Notes: generated by a model not told the origin, from the sequence alone. A DNA stretch of 53,674 nucleotides from Octopus bimaculoides (GCF_001194135.2 NC_068984.1:53600767-53654440), one strand, 5' to 3'; shown: positions 38,345-51,354, numbered from the stretch's first letter. Numbers and translations: made by a program.

Positions 38345-38745
38345 CAGTGTAATCTCTATTGGGGACAGCGAGGATTTTGAGATTGGTACTCAATCTCAAA
38401 TTGGCATTTATCGAGGCGAAATTGAATCCTGATGTTATCACTGAACTGTTTAACAATTGCTAGTAAGCCCTGTAGTTGTTGGCCATTTTTTGCAAAGAGC
38501 TTTAAATCGTCCATGTAAAAGAGATGATTTATAATTTTATCAAACATTTTATAGCCACATTGTACATCATCGAGCAATTTCGAGAGAGGTATTAAGGCTA
38601 GACAAAAGAGGAGTGGTGATAGAGAGTCTCGTTGGGAAAAGCCGCATGAAATCGTTATATTTCTTCTTCTTCTTCTTCTTCTCCTCCTCCTCCTCTTTCT
38701 CCTTCTTCTTCTTCTTCTTCTTCTTCTTCTTCTTCTTCTTCTTCA
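38345..38745 (-). mobile_element. RLE-clade RT fragment preceded by (AAG)n
   Basis: DSLSPLLFCLAL...INHLFYMDDLKLFAK...QFRLDKC. Confidence 0.88.
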
Positions 38746-39041
38746 AGAACAATACATAAAGTTTTTATATCTAAAACTCCACACAAAATACCGGTTACAA
38801 GTTTTGGCATGCGTGCCACATACATTCACGAAAGTCGTTAAGAATTTATTACCTTTATTCACTGCAAAGAATATATTTATAAAATAACTTATTGTCTATT
38901 TATTATAATCCAATGCGAAGCCCATAAAATTTTACATGTATTAAAATTCATATCAAGCTGTTACTAATGACTTTGGGTTAAATGTCAACAGACAGTGTAA
39001 CCTATTGCTAGCATGTAACCATGCACAGTGAGATAGTGACA

Positions 39042-39424
39042 TGTTGGTACTCCGTCGCTTACGACGTCGAGGGTTCCAGTTGATCCGATCAACGGAACAG
39101 CCTGCTCGTGAAATTAACGTGTAAGTGGTTGCGCACTTCACAGGTACGTGAACCCTTAACGTAGTTCTCGGGGGATATTCAGCGTGACACAGAGTGTGAC
39201 AAGGCTGACCCTTTGAATTACAGGCACAACAGAAACAGGAAGTAAGAGTGAGAGAAAGTTGCGGTGAAAGAGTACAGCAGGGTTCGCCACCATCCCCTGC
39301 CGGAGCCTCGTGGAGCTTTAGGTGTTTTCGCTCAATAAACACTCACAACGCCCGGTCTGCGAATCGAAACCGCGATCCTATGACCACGAGTCCGCTGCCC
39401 TAACCACTGGACCATTCCGCCTCC
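39042..39424 (-). mobile_element. Full-length SINE family A with 9-bp target-site duplication
   Basis: Highly similar to 14718-15096; GAGATAGTG at 39030-39038 and 39427-39435. Confidence 0.9.
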
Positions 39425-39709
39425 ACGAGATAGTGCCATAGTAGATACAGAAGGTGAGTACAATTGTTTGTATTAATACAGCGTAAATTTAACTAGTTAA
39501 GCAGAAGCACTTAGAACATGTCAGTTAGTTGTTATTTTAGTATTAGTATCAAAATTTCTTGAGCTGGTTATTCACTGGTTCTACAAAGAACTGACGTTTC
39601 TTTACAATGGATTTAAATAGAACGGTTCTCCTAACCGAATGCAAGCTTCCTGCATTCGTGTTTTGTCTAATATGTATACAAAACACCAAATGCATATAAA
39701 TTCAGCAGA

Positions 39710-39774
<65 letters not shown>

Positions 39775-39866
39775 GAAGAAGAAGAAGAAGAAGAGATATA
39801 AGAATTTCATGTGGCATTTTCCAAGGTGACTCTCTATCACCACTCCTCTTTTGTCTAGACTTAATA
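39710..39866 (+). mobile_element. (AAT)n(AAG)n followed by an ~75-bp RT fragment
   Basis: DIRISCGIFQGDSLSPLLFCL; inverted counterpart of 38595-38670. Confidence 0.8.
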
Positions 39867-39913
39867 GAAAAGTACCCATTTATATTTTAGTAAATAGGTA
39901 ATGCCATTTGATT

Positions 39914-40234
39914 GGAGGTGCATGGCTTAGTGGTTAGGGTATTCGGTTGACGATCGTGAGGTTATGAGTTCGATTCCAGGCGGCGCGTTGTGTCCTTTAG
40001 CAAGGCACTTTATTTCACGTTGTTGCATTCCACTCAGCTGGTAAAAATGAGTAGTACCTGTATTTCAAAGGGCCATCTTTGTCATCGTGTGTCACGCTGA
40101 ATCTTCTGGAGAACTGCGTTTAGAGTACACGTGTCTGTAGAATGCTCAGCCACTTGCACGTTAATTTCACGAGCAGGCTGTTCCGTTGATCGGATCAACC
40201 GGAACCCACGTCGTCGTAACCGACGTAGTGTCAG
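39914..40234 (+). mobile_element. SINE related to family A (same tail, different central domain)
   Basis: GGAGGTGCATGGCTTAGTGGTTAGG...GAGTTCGATTCC head; family A tail; possible TAATGCCA duplication on both sides. Confidence 0.85.
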
Positions 40235-40504
40235 TTAGTTAATGCCAGTTCATTAATAAAACAGTTAACTAACGAGTATTAATACACCAAATTTCCAACA
40301 ATTCACTGTTATCTTATATAGATATTTTCTGCTTGTCAGAAACCATTAGTTTCAAATTTAATTTCACCTTAAATGCAGTGCAGAAGTCTAGAGCATCCTA
40401 ATAAGTATAACTTTTAACAAACCCAATATGTTATCTTTAAAACCAGTATAATAGATAAGTAAATAAGTAAATAACAAGAAAACATGCTCTACGTAAAAAT
40501 AAAT

Positions 40505-40797
40505 AAATGCGCCCTTTTAAAGCCTAGCCAGGCTCATGGGCCCGGTTTCAATGGCATATGTGTTCCCAGCTGGATGGGACGCCAGTCCATCGCAGCGTTA
40601 CTCATTTTTGTCAGCTGAGTGGACTGGAGCAACGTGNNNNNNNNNNGCGTTACTCATTTTTGTCAGCTGAGTGGACTGGAGCAACGTGAAATGAAGTGTT
40701 TTGCTCAAGAACACAACGCGTCGCCCGGCCCAGGAATCGAAACCACAATCTTACGATCGTGGTGCTGACACCCTAACCACTAGGCCACGCGCCTCCA
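40505..40797 (-). mobile_element. tRNA-derived SINE with a conserved central domain; contains an artefactual gap duplication
   Basis: Minus strand GGAGGCGCGTGGCCTAGTGGTTAGG...GTTCTTGAGCAAAACACTTCATTTCACGTTGCTCCAGTCCACTCAGCTG. Confidence 0.85.
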
Positions 40798-41159
40798 CAG
40801 ACAAGCTCTATGTAGGAGAGAGAAAAATAAGATCTTAAGTAATACCTTTGCAACGATCTTAACTCATTTCACGAAATTGAAGCGTTTAACTAAACAGGCA
40901 TAAGCCGTTCTTTTTATTTATTTAGAAATACAGTTGTTAGGAAGGTGATATGATTGAGGTGAGGTTTCGAATTTGTAAGTAAAGATTCATATCACGCTGC
41001 ATTTCGATAATATTGGGTTATGTAATTCTATTTGCCTTATTTTACCTTAACAGAGTTAACTACCAATCTTTTGTCGATGTCTGGCGATAGACTATAGGCC
41101 TTATCATCTCTGAATGAGTCTTCCTGTGTACATATATTCTCAATACAGCAAAGACTGGC

Positions 41160-41610
41160 TTTCTTTGGAGTCAGAAAATGCTATTGCCAGCAACAGATGT
41201 ACATAGCTCAGGTGAAATCTGCAATGGAGGTTGTTGCTACTATACACACAGCCACTCTAGAACGCACCTAAGGAAAAACAACGCAGATGATTGGCATAAA
41301 GTTCCTCCTTGGCACACTCCGTTCACTGATCCACAGGTGTGTTGTCTCCCTACTCTACTTTTTCTAAGATATTTCTGTGGTCTTTGATCTTTAGAAAGGG
41401 CTGACCTCATTCCACCACCAGTCGAGCACACCTCACTTCCTCATCTCCCCTCAAGTCGAAAGCTAAAATCCCCACTAATCATTACTTCGAGGTCTTTCTG
41501 AGGACAGTAACCTTGAGAATTCCTTCTCTATTCTTGTTCCTCCTGCAACTGTAGACTTGCATCTGCTTAAAAAGAAAATAAACCGTGTTGATTTTACCAC
41601 GCTCGGAAAA
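41160..41610 (+). mobile_element. CR1/L2-group LINE ORF2 C-terminal relic
   Basis: Degenerate ..AQVKSAME..FLRYFCGL*S..LIPPP..PATVDL..KINRVD pattern (recalled, not aligned). Confidence 0.55.
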
Positions 41611-41889
41611 CCTGTGAAAGCAATCGATACAGACTCTTCCTTCTAATGTACAGAGTCCTGTTCGTTAGGCATATTAGTTCCTCATTAACTGCAGAAATTT
41701 AGATTTAGCTCCAGTCTTATGAACACATGTGCGTGCGTGTTTCAGTTATGGATTCATTTTAACTTGAGTTACTTCCATGAATTTGGCTACTGTCATCTGC
41801 CCACTTGTACTCATCTTACAATCTTATGTCTTGAAAGTGTGTAAAAAAGAAAATCTGATTAACTTTGAATTTTTAATCCCTGCTTTGTC

Positions 41890-42166
41890 ACATAGGTTAA
41901 TGGCTAGGGTATTCGGCCCACGATCGTGGGGCCGATTCCCAGGGGCGCATTGCGTCCTTCAGCAAGACACTAAATTTCTCGTTCATTTCTAGTTCAATGG
42001 GTCAGCAGTGTCACATTCGGTGTGACATGCTGAATCTCCATGAGAACTATGTTAAGAGTATGTATGTCCTTGGAAAGCTCAGCCACTTGCAAGTTAATTT
42101 TACGATCAGGTTGTTCAATTGATCGGATTAACAAGAACACTCATCGTTGTAACCGACAGAGAGCCA
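41890..42166 (+). mobile_element. Degenerate SINE similar to 39914-40234
   Basis: Head, central domain and GATCGGATT..GTAACCGAC tail. Confidence 0.75.
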
Positions 42167-42858
42167 GCTGATCTTCCTTAAATAGTCAGGTTAGCACTTA
42201 GCGTGTATCTTCTAAGTTGGAGAAAATTAAAATATAGTTTCTTTGACATAAGAAGATAATGATAATTACTGGGATCTTTCAGTCTCATCTTCAAGTTGAG
42301 TTCTCTATGGAAGACTGGTTTGTAAGTCGTCTGACTCCATCTAAAATAATAATCACATGATGAACCTATTCTTTACAGAGAAAACGGATAAGAAAAACTC
42401 GTAAGATACCACAATGGATGTCGTTCACTATGAAAGCTAATTATCTCAAGCAATCATATCGATATAAAACACTCGAGGGAATTGATTCTTTTCTTTCTTT
42501 TTTATGTTTATTATTTTCTTTCTTTTATCTTTCTTACTTACTTTTTTCTTTATTATATAAAGTTGTTTGTGCCTTTGTATATCTTCGGGTCAGTTAGTAT
42601 TTATACTAATATTGTAATAGAAGAAAACTTTTATGCAAATATGTCCACATGTTACCCGCCATTACCACTACCCTACAACAAAATACTTATTATAGAATTT
42701 AATGCCTAATATCATGTCTCGTAAAAGCCAGACATCTATATTGTTCTAGATTTTGTGAACCTTAAGTTGTTTCTGTTGACCAAATAAAACATGTAATCAA
42801 ACATAATTTCACAGTTCTGCATATCCGTGTAGAGCTTTCTTTCACAACATTGTTTACG

Positions 42859-42898
<40 letters not shown>

Positions 42899-42981
42899 CC
42901 TCTCTCTCTCTCTCNNNNNNNNNNNNNNNNNNNNNNNNNNNNNNNNNNNNNNNNNNNNNNNNNNNCACAACATTGTTTACG

Positions 42982-43021
<40 letters not shown>

Positions 43022-43309
43022 CCTCTCAAATTCATGACTGAAGAAAGATAGTTTACTACAGTAATAATGATTTAGTATTGTAATAAAGCAAACAGCCACA
43101 GCTCTTCTGAATTCAATTATGTAAATTATATGAGAAAATTGACTGTCTTTTCAAGCAACGCTATTTCTTTGATCTTTTCGAAATACATTTGTAATTTTTT
43201 TGTCAGCTATTATTGTTCTTCAGAATCGTTCAACTAACTTGCTTGGGAAATTTGTTTTTTAAAACCTTCTATAATTCTTATAAAGTCATATTTTGAATTT
43301 ATCTTCATA

Positions 43310-43745
43310 CAGGCGTGGCTGTGTGGGTAAGAAGTTTACTTCCCAACCATATGGTCTTCGGTTCAGTCACATAGTGCGGTACCTTGGGTAAATGTCTTCT
43401 ACTATGACCCCGAGCCGACCAAAGCCTAGTGAGTGGATTTGGCTGACGGAGACATACATACATACATACATAAATACATACATACATACATAAATACATA
43501 CATACATACGTACATACATATGTGTGTATGTATGTATATGCGTACGTGTGTCGCTGTGTTTGTCTTATGTCCTCTTGACAATTAGTGTTGGTTTGTTTAC
43601 GTCTCCGTAAGTTAGCGGTTCAGCAAAACGTACCGATAGAATAAGTACCAGACTTTGAGAATCAGTACTGGGGTCGATTTTTCCGACTGATCCCTTCAAG
43701 GTAGTTCCGCAGCCTGACTGTAGTCTAATGACTAACAGAAAAGAA
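43310..43745 (+). mobile_element. SINE family B with an internal (TACA)n array
   Basis: AGGCGTGGCTGTGTGGGTAAG head; (TACA)n at 43453-43520; CCGATAGAATAAGTAC tail. Confidence 0.8.
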
Positions 43746-44893
43746 AATCAGAATTCGTGCCAAAAAAAAAGAAAAAAGAAATTTAAGGAATATATTTAAG
43801 GATGTATGTTCGCACTGAATTACACGACGAAAAAGGTTATATCAATGTTAACATCTTGTCAATATGAAGTCGATTTATTTCTATTCCTTTTGGTATCATT
43901 AAAATAAAGTAGCAGTCAAAGGCGGTGCTGCAACATGGCCGCAGTCCAGTGACTGAAACAAGTAAAAGGCAAAAGATATAATAAAGTACTGGTGTCCACT
44001 TCAATTGAAAATATCCATCTAACGAATCTGGGGCTTTGTGTCAGAATTGGGAATCAATATATATATCATGTCCTAAGTTCAAATCCTGAGGAGGTAGATT
44101 TTTATCTTTGATCCTTCTGAAGGTCGATAAAATAATTACTAGTCAATTACTGGAGTCGATTAAATTGATTGTAATCTGTTCTACAAAATGAGTTGTCTTG
44201 TGCTAAGGTTACAAATCGATACTTATTGCAAGACCGATGATTAGCAGATCGGTAGAGCGTGGGGCAACAAGCTTCGCCTATAAAATTACGCACAACCTTT
44301 TATGTAGTGTTCAAATCTCACCGAACTCAACTTTGCTTTTAATTCTCCCTGGATCGATAAAATAGAATACCAATAATGTAACAGAGTATACCTAACTGAC
44401 TATCCCTCCCTCCAATTAATCAATGTTTCCTCTCTTTTTTAAAACAGTATAGTATGATTTTGAGGGATATTTGGTTGTTGTTTGTAACCAAGTTAGCAAC
44501 GGTATAGAGACACTTGCAGAAATGTTAAGTATAGAGTGTGTGTAATTGTAGATGAAATGGCGGTTCGATTCTCAATTGTATCTATTTCACTTGTTCTGAT
44601 GATGTATTTTGGAAAAGTGTTAACTTCATAATTTCCATATCTCTACCAATTTATGTTAATTTATTCACCGGTCAATGGATTTATCTATACACATACACTT
44701 CGCTCTGCTAGCTACACACTAGTCAGTTTTATAATTATGTGTGTATGTACACCTAGCGTGTGTGTATGTATGTATGTATGTACGTATGTATGTATGTATG
44801 TATGTATGTATGTATATATGTACGTACGTACGTACGTATGTATGTATGTATGTATGTATGTATGTATGTACGTATGTATGTATGTATGTACGT

Positions 44894-44949
<56 letters not shown>

Positions 44950-46214
44950 CAACATATCCATGTTTATCCTTTATGCAAAAAGTACTCGTTGACTGTTTAG
45001 TGGCGAATACAATTTCTATACAAGATAAAACTGGACTATTGCACGTATTGAAAAGCAGACTTGCGGTAGTGATTCAGAAAAGGGTGTTACTGCAACATGT
45101 GAAAAACGTTCCCTGTAAATTTCTGCAAGCTGTTTATAATCAACACAATGGCCATATTTACTTCATATACGATCAAAGCTCACTTCTGTTTACTGGGCTA
45201 AGCAACATCTAATATCTCTGGATTTTGATAAGTTGCCAATCCTGATGTCAGAATATTTTACACATGATAATAATTCGCTTGTAAATAAACTAACAACTAA
45301 CCAGTAATAAACACTAACACATGAATTCTTTATACGCATGCTCCAAATCTCACGTCATAAATGGACGATTTGCTTTTGGGCTTGAGTGCATAACTACGTC
45401 TATATTCATAAAACAAATATATTTAACTAATCAATATTTAGGAGATAGACTTTGTGCTTGCTCAGACTCGGCTATCATTGTATGAAAATATATAATCTAG
45501 TTCACGTTTAGTTGGTCAATGTTATCGTTTATAGTCATCAATCATATATTTCGATTCACAGTGTTTACACACACACGTGCCCGCGTCACGTGTGCGTATA
45601 CACATATATGTACACACACACACATGTACACAGACGTATGCACAAATACATGCATACATGCACATAGATATACAGATATATATATGCATATACATATATA
45701 TGCACACACACACACATCACGTTAGAGTTAACGAGCAGGTGAAAAACGACTCCGTACCAGAAGTTGAGTTTATGTATATTTTAATTCGGTCAGCCAAACC
45801 TAAACAGGCAATTCGTTGACATGGTTAAAGTACACACACAAACTTATACACAAGCAAAACCTACAAGAAGAAATACACTCATACATGCGTACATTAATAA
45901 TCAGTTGAGATATGACGTAAAGGAATGGCAACAAACACACATACCCACACATACAATACAGTAGGGTGGTGTTACAAATTAGGCAAGCCAGACGGCCGCC
46001 TATGGTACTAATTTCTAGGAGTGTTACATAAATTCTGAATAACTAGGAGAAAATTTCTTCATCCAATGGAAAACACGTAAACTTAGTAAATAAAGAGAGT
46101 AGGCGAGGTCACTCCCGGAACAAGATTTTAGTTGAAAGTTGAATCGTCGTAACTGAAGTATTGATACAATACTGAATTAATATAACATTTATTGTATTTT
46201 GTGAACAATCGATT

Positions 46215-46268
46215 TTCTGCTGCGATTCTGCTGCGATTCTGCTGTGATTCTGCTGCGATTCTGCTGCG
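46215..46268. repeat. 11-bp tandem repeat (TTCTGCTGCGA) x about 5
   Basis: Direct inspection; one G/C-to-T variant unit. Confidence 0.9.
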
Positions 46269-46714
46269 TCACATCATGTGCAAATGTTATTTTTCATAGC
46301 CTCTGGTAAAAATGGGCAAGCAGAAACCATACCGAAGCCTGACAGATGAACTTTACCTGTTATTCAAAGGTCCAACCATGTCATACAGTCCCGAACTGAT
46401 TATGCCTGAAAATGAAGTTAAGGACACTCATGTCTGTGGTATAGTCAGTTACTTATTAGCTAAGTCAATGAGTCTTGTGGTTCAGTTCATCGATTCTGAA
46501 GAATCTACTAGAGTAGATGCAAGCGCTAATATGATTTATAAAAACATGTGACATATTAATAAAAATCTGTAAATGTACAACCATCCAAATCTCTGAGCAC
46601 CTTATTTTTTCTAATGTATAATAACTGCACATCACCCCCAAACCTTCTAATATATATATATTGCTATATTTCGAGATGGTAATTTTTTTATGCCAAATAA
46701 ACTCACGCACTATA

Positions 46715-46810
46715 TATTTGTTCTTCGCTCGTTTATTACTGTTCTTATTTTATTTTACGTCCATTGTCCAGAAATCTTTCGTCATACATTTGTGATTTTT
46801 TCAGCGACCC
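46715..46810 (-). repeat. Pseudo-LTR-like repeat of the same family as 21649-21856
   Basis: TTGTTCTTCGCTCGTTTATTACTGTTCTTATT...AAATCTTTCGTCATACATTTGTGA. Confidence 0.65.
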
Positions 46811-47439
46811 CTTCCATCCACTTGTGTCCACCTGCCCTGCTTAATCCATTCTGTCCTTCTATGATGTATTTCCTTATCTGCACATGCGGCTGCGTCTGTA
46901 GCTGTGTGCGTGTGTGCATATGTGTAACTATGTGTGCGTGTGTGTGTTCATGTGCGTGTACTGATGCGTGCATACGCGTGTCTATGCGTTTCGCATGTGT
47001 GCTTATGTGTGTATATACATTGTTTATATCCGTGCCCTTTATACTGTTGTTTTTAGTGGTACTTCGATCCTCCCCTCACCTGTTACTGCTCTTGACCCGT
47101 ACTTTTGATATTGTTCTGTGTCTGTGTGTTCGTTCACGCCGCTGCCACCGTGGTTGTTGTTGCTGTTGATATTGTTGTGTTCGTATTGGTGTTACTGCTG
47201 CGGCCATTAGTGAAGTTGCAGTATGTGTGTTTTTGTGTGTACATGGGTTTGCATACCATGTTGTATCCGTACCCTTTTTATAGTTTTTTTTTGTCTTTGT
47301 TTACCTATGCACCTCTATTTCTTATATTCACCATAGGTATGTGCATGCTTGTTTTTTTGTGTGTATTATACCGTTTCTATCTGTTCTTTTCTTCCTTGTC
47401 TTTAGTGGTTGTGTTGCGTGGTGTGGTGGTGAGGAGTGT

Positions 47440-48530
47440 TATTGTTCCATTCGTGTTTTCTATTGAGGCTCGGTCTGTCTATTACTGTGTGTGTGACCTC
47501 TGTAGTCTGTCTAGGTGTCGTGCCAGTTCTATGCGTTGATAATACCTTAACCTGTATATTATTAACCGAGCCTCTATGTTCTAACTGAGCATGTTGGTAG
47601 AGCACTGACGAACTCTTCTCATTGAGCTCCCGTTAGTGTTCGCCTATACGCTCCCTTATACTGCGTGCCGTCTCCCCATTGTAAGCTATTGTTTTGTTCC
47701 TGCACCGTTCTTCAGTACACCGAAAACTATAGACTATATTCCTAATCTTACAGTTAACCTGTGGGTTCATCCTACGTACTATACAATTATTCTCCGTACA
47801 CGGGGACTATCAAAAGGATAAGTTATACAAATCAGGGATCTTATGGGGGATTCCAGGCCTTTCTACTACTCTAATTGGTATATTTACCTTATCAAATGCT
47901 TTTCTAAAAAGGTATGCTAGTTCGCCGCCAGAGGTAGCATCAATGAACATGACACCCTGGTATTTTTGTTACCATACCATGAGTTGGCCTTAGCTATCTT
48001 TTTCCTGGTACTTTACGTGCTGTTCCAGGACTTACTCCTGTATAGCGGGAAGATTCCATTTGCATCATTCTCTATGATGACCTTGTACTTAGACCTGGCT
48101 TCTTTATACACTTTAATCCTGTCCCTGTGGTTGTAGCTAGAGAATTCCATGCGGTGGATGAAGTGTTGTATGTGTCTCTCCAATTCTACAGGGTCGCACA
48201 TGCGGGAGACATTCCTCATCACTCTCACCAAGTCCGCTATTAGAATATTGAACTTGGCGTTGTCTGCAATAACTGCGTTCTTGTGGACCAGATATTTAGA
48301 GACTATGGGTTTGGCATAAAGGGAATGAAGGATCTGGACCTTACTTTTCTTGGTTTCCAGTCAGAGTTCTGTGTCTAAGACTGGTAACCTAAAATTCGGG
48401 TTGTGGGGCTGCTTTGGCCACTATGTTATTATCATCCACATAACGTGAGTACATGGTTAGGATTATGGAGTTCTCTGCTAATCTCTTTTCTAGTTTCCTA
48501 TCCCACCATACTATAAATATGTTAGCCACA
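47440..48530 (-). mobile_element. Penelope-like element fragment: RT motifs, linker and GIY-YIG endonuclease
   Basis: IFIVWWDRKL, SRYVDD (about 48425-48450), LPVLD..HSLYAKP, PLYRSKSW, NIVYSFRC..YNGETARSIRERIGEH..RPSLNRKHEW. Confidence 0.9.
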
Positions 48531-49249
48531 TCGCGCACGCGCGCGCGCGTGTCTTACGTAACTCCTGACACGTTTCATCTAGGAATTTCAGATCCAGCAA
48601 AATTACTTCTCAGGATAATATTGGTCATATTTGACAAAGAACCCTCCATATTCGCTACAAGCGTGTAACCACCATCTTTGTATCTAACAAATGGCCAGCT
48701 GCTTTTCTTAAAAAGAAAACCCAACTTTCTTACCTGTTGTCTGTTAGCCAATTTTAACCCATTAGTTACTTACACTGTTATATAATTCTTACAGAAATTT
48801 ATTGAAATTTTCTAGGAATTTCTAATAATGGCAACGAAGACGAATGTTAAATATTTGTGCCTCAGAGTCTTTTTTTTTCTTCTATTTTGTAGATTCTACA
48901 ATCCTTCCATTCTTCTAGCAGTCATCTATCACGTGGCCTGAACTGAACAATCGCAATGAACTTTAGACGTTATCAAAACAAAAGTAACCGTTTTTTTCCC
49001 TTTTTTTTTAGAACTCGGTCCCTCTGCCATTTTTATTGAGAATATCTGAAAGAATATCTCTGTCTCCATGAAACTTTGAGCAATGTTTATTTAAATCGGT
49101 ATCAATACGTACATGTATACATATATTTGTGTGTACGTGTATATATAAATATATATATTTATTTATTTATTTATTTATTTATGTGTTTCAGCCAAGTGGC
49201 TGCGGTCATGCTGGTGCACCACCGTGATTTTCACGTTCCTTGTATGGCT

Positions 49250-49447
49250 CTTCTCCCCCACCTGACATGGTCCAATCAAGAGTTTTGATGGCACATCTGG
49301 TGTATAAGAGAATTTGACACAGCTGCCCTAAACTGCGTCTCATTACGAGCCATTGGTTCGTCTGGTATCGTGGAGAGGAAAGTGTCAAGTTTTGTCTTGA
49401 AGACCTCCGCATCCATGTCTTGCATGTCTCTCAAATGTTTTGGCAGG
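49250..49447 (-). mobile_element. CR1/L2-group LINE 3' end running into a gap
   Basis: LPKHLRD..EVFKTKLDTFLSTIPDEP..AAVSNSLIHQ. Confidence 0.75.
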
Positions 49448-50120
49448 NNNNNNNNNNNNNNNNNNNNNNNNNNNNNNNNNNNNNNNNNNNNNNNNNNNNN
49501 NNNNNNNNNNNNNNNNNNNNNNNNNNNNNNNNNNNNNNNNNNNNNNNNNNNNNNNNNNNNNNNNNNNNNNNNNNNNNNNNNNNNNNNNNNNNNNNNNNNN
49601 NNNNNNNNNNNNNNNNNNNNNNNNNNNNNNNNNNNNNNNNNNNNNNNNNNNNNNNNNNNNNNNNNNNNNNNNNNNNNNNNNNNNNNNNNNNNNNNNNNNN
49701 NNNNNNNNNNNNNNNNNNNNNNNNNNNNNNNNNNNNNNNNNNNNNNNNNNNNNNNNNNNNNNNNNNNNNNNNNNNNNNNNNNNNNNNNNNNNNNNNNNNN
49801 NNNNNNNNNNNNNNNNNNNNNNNNNNNNNNNNNNNNNNNNNNNNNNNNNNNNNNNNNNNNNNNNNNNNNNNNNNNNNNNNNNNNNNNNNNNNNNNNNNNN
49901 NNNNNNNNNNNNNNNNNNNNNNNNNNNNNNNNNNNNNNNNNNNNNNNNNNNNNNNNNNNNNNNNNNNNNNNNNNNNNNNNNNNNNNNNNNNNNNNNNNNN
50001 NNNNNNNNNNNNNNNNNNNNNNNNNNNNNNNNNNNNNNNNNNNNNNNNNNNNNNNNNNNNNNNNNNNNNNNNNNNNNNNNNNNNNNNNNNNNNNNNNNNN
50101 NNNNNNNNNNNNNNNNNNNN

Positions 50121-51354
50121 NAGGAAGTAAATGAAGTAAATAGACAACTTTAATTTTCAAAATTTCTGATCTAAGTGTCTTAATATTTTTTCAGCGGTGT
50201 ACAATTTACAATATAATTATTCTTTTCCATTCCAGGTGCTATTATATTAAACATTTGCGAAGAGTAACCATGCCATGCTCAAAAAATTCAGCAGAAATGT
50301 CAGATTTTCAAAGAGGTCTTAGCTAGCGAAAAATTGCCGAACATCTTCAAATTTCTCTTGCTACTGTTAATAGAATTATAGCGCAATTCAAAAACCAAGG
50401 AAAAGAATCAACAGATTCTCGTCCCAGCCGACCTGGGCCCTCGGAAAGGAAGGTTCGTTGTTTGAAGAGAATTGTGGAAAACGAACCGCGTTCGAAGGCT
50501 TCTGACACTGCAAGACAGCTAGAAGTTAATCCAAGAACGTGTGTTACATATTTGCATAAGGACGTGCAGCTGGAAGAAGACCTCTCCTTCAACCAATTAA
50601 TATCACGAAAAGAAAGAAATGGGCTAAGGAGATGTCAGAAAAATCCAGTTCATTTTGGGATAGAGTGATTTTCTCAGATGAATCCAGATTTGCATTATTT
50701 TCAGACAGTGGACGTGTTTGGGTCTGGAGGCTTCCCAGTCAAGAATTTGATTTGAAACGACTCCAACCACCTGCGAAACATGGCGGTATCTCTGTAATGG
50801 TATTGGGAGCTGTCACCAGCAATGGTCGTTCTGAGCTGATCGAATGTTGGAATCATAAACTCTGAAAAATACATCGAAATACTTAAGCAAGGACTACTTC
50901 CGATGTATTCACACGATGGCATAACAAAAAATGAGTTTTTATTCATGGAAGATGGGGCTCCATGCCAAACAGCGAAAAGGAATCAACAATGGCTGACTGA
51001 AAATGGGATCAAAAAGCTTCCCTGGCCGAGCCAATCTCCTGACATGAACCCAATTGAAAATATTTGAAGCATACTAGATAGAGCTATACGAAAATCTCCA
51101 CAGAAACCTAAATCTAAAGATGAACTGTATCAATTGTTGCGTGAAAAGTAGGCAGAAATTCCACAAGAGACAATCACAAACCTCACCAGTTCAATGCCAA
51201 AAAGAGTTTCTGAATTAAAAACTGTAAAGGGAATGTCAACTAAATACTAAAGCATGTAGTCCTACCTATCGATTACAATTCAATTGTTCGCTTTGCGTAT
51301 TAAATAAATGATTTTGAAAATTAAAGGTTTCTATTTATTTCCTGCATGTCTGTG
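50121..51354 (+). mobile_element. Near-full-length Tc1-like DNA transposon; DD34E transposase pseudogene 50270-51250
   Basis: [14 protein letters not shown]-(34 aa)-NPIE, WPSQSPDMNPIEN; TIR similarity AAATAGA.A.CTTTAATTTTCAAAAT near both ends; TA after the right end; left tip lies in the gap. Confidence 0.92.

Noticed and set aside
40595-40688. 42-bp direct repeat on both sides of a 10-N gap
   Set aside because: Typical unmerged contig overlap; removing one copy restores the SINE
42281-42400. Two + strand micro-exons with GTAAG donors
   Set aside because: The intervening intron would be only 57 nt and the peptides are unrecognisable
42843-43024. Direct repeat CACAACATTGTTTACGAA(TC)n across a gap
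   Set aside because: Same kind of scaffolding artefact
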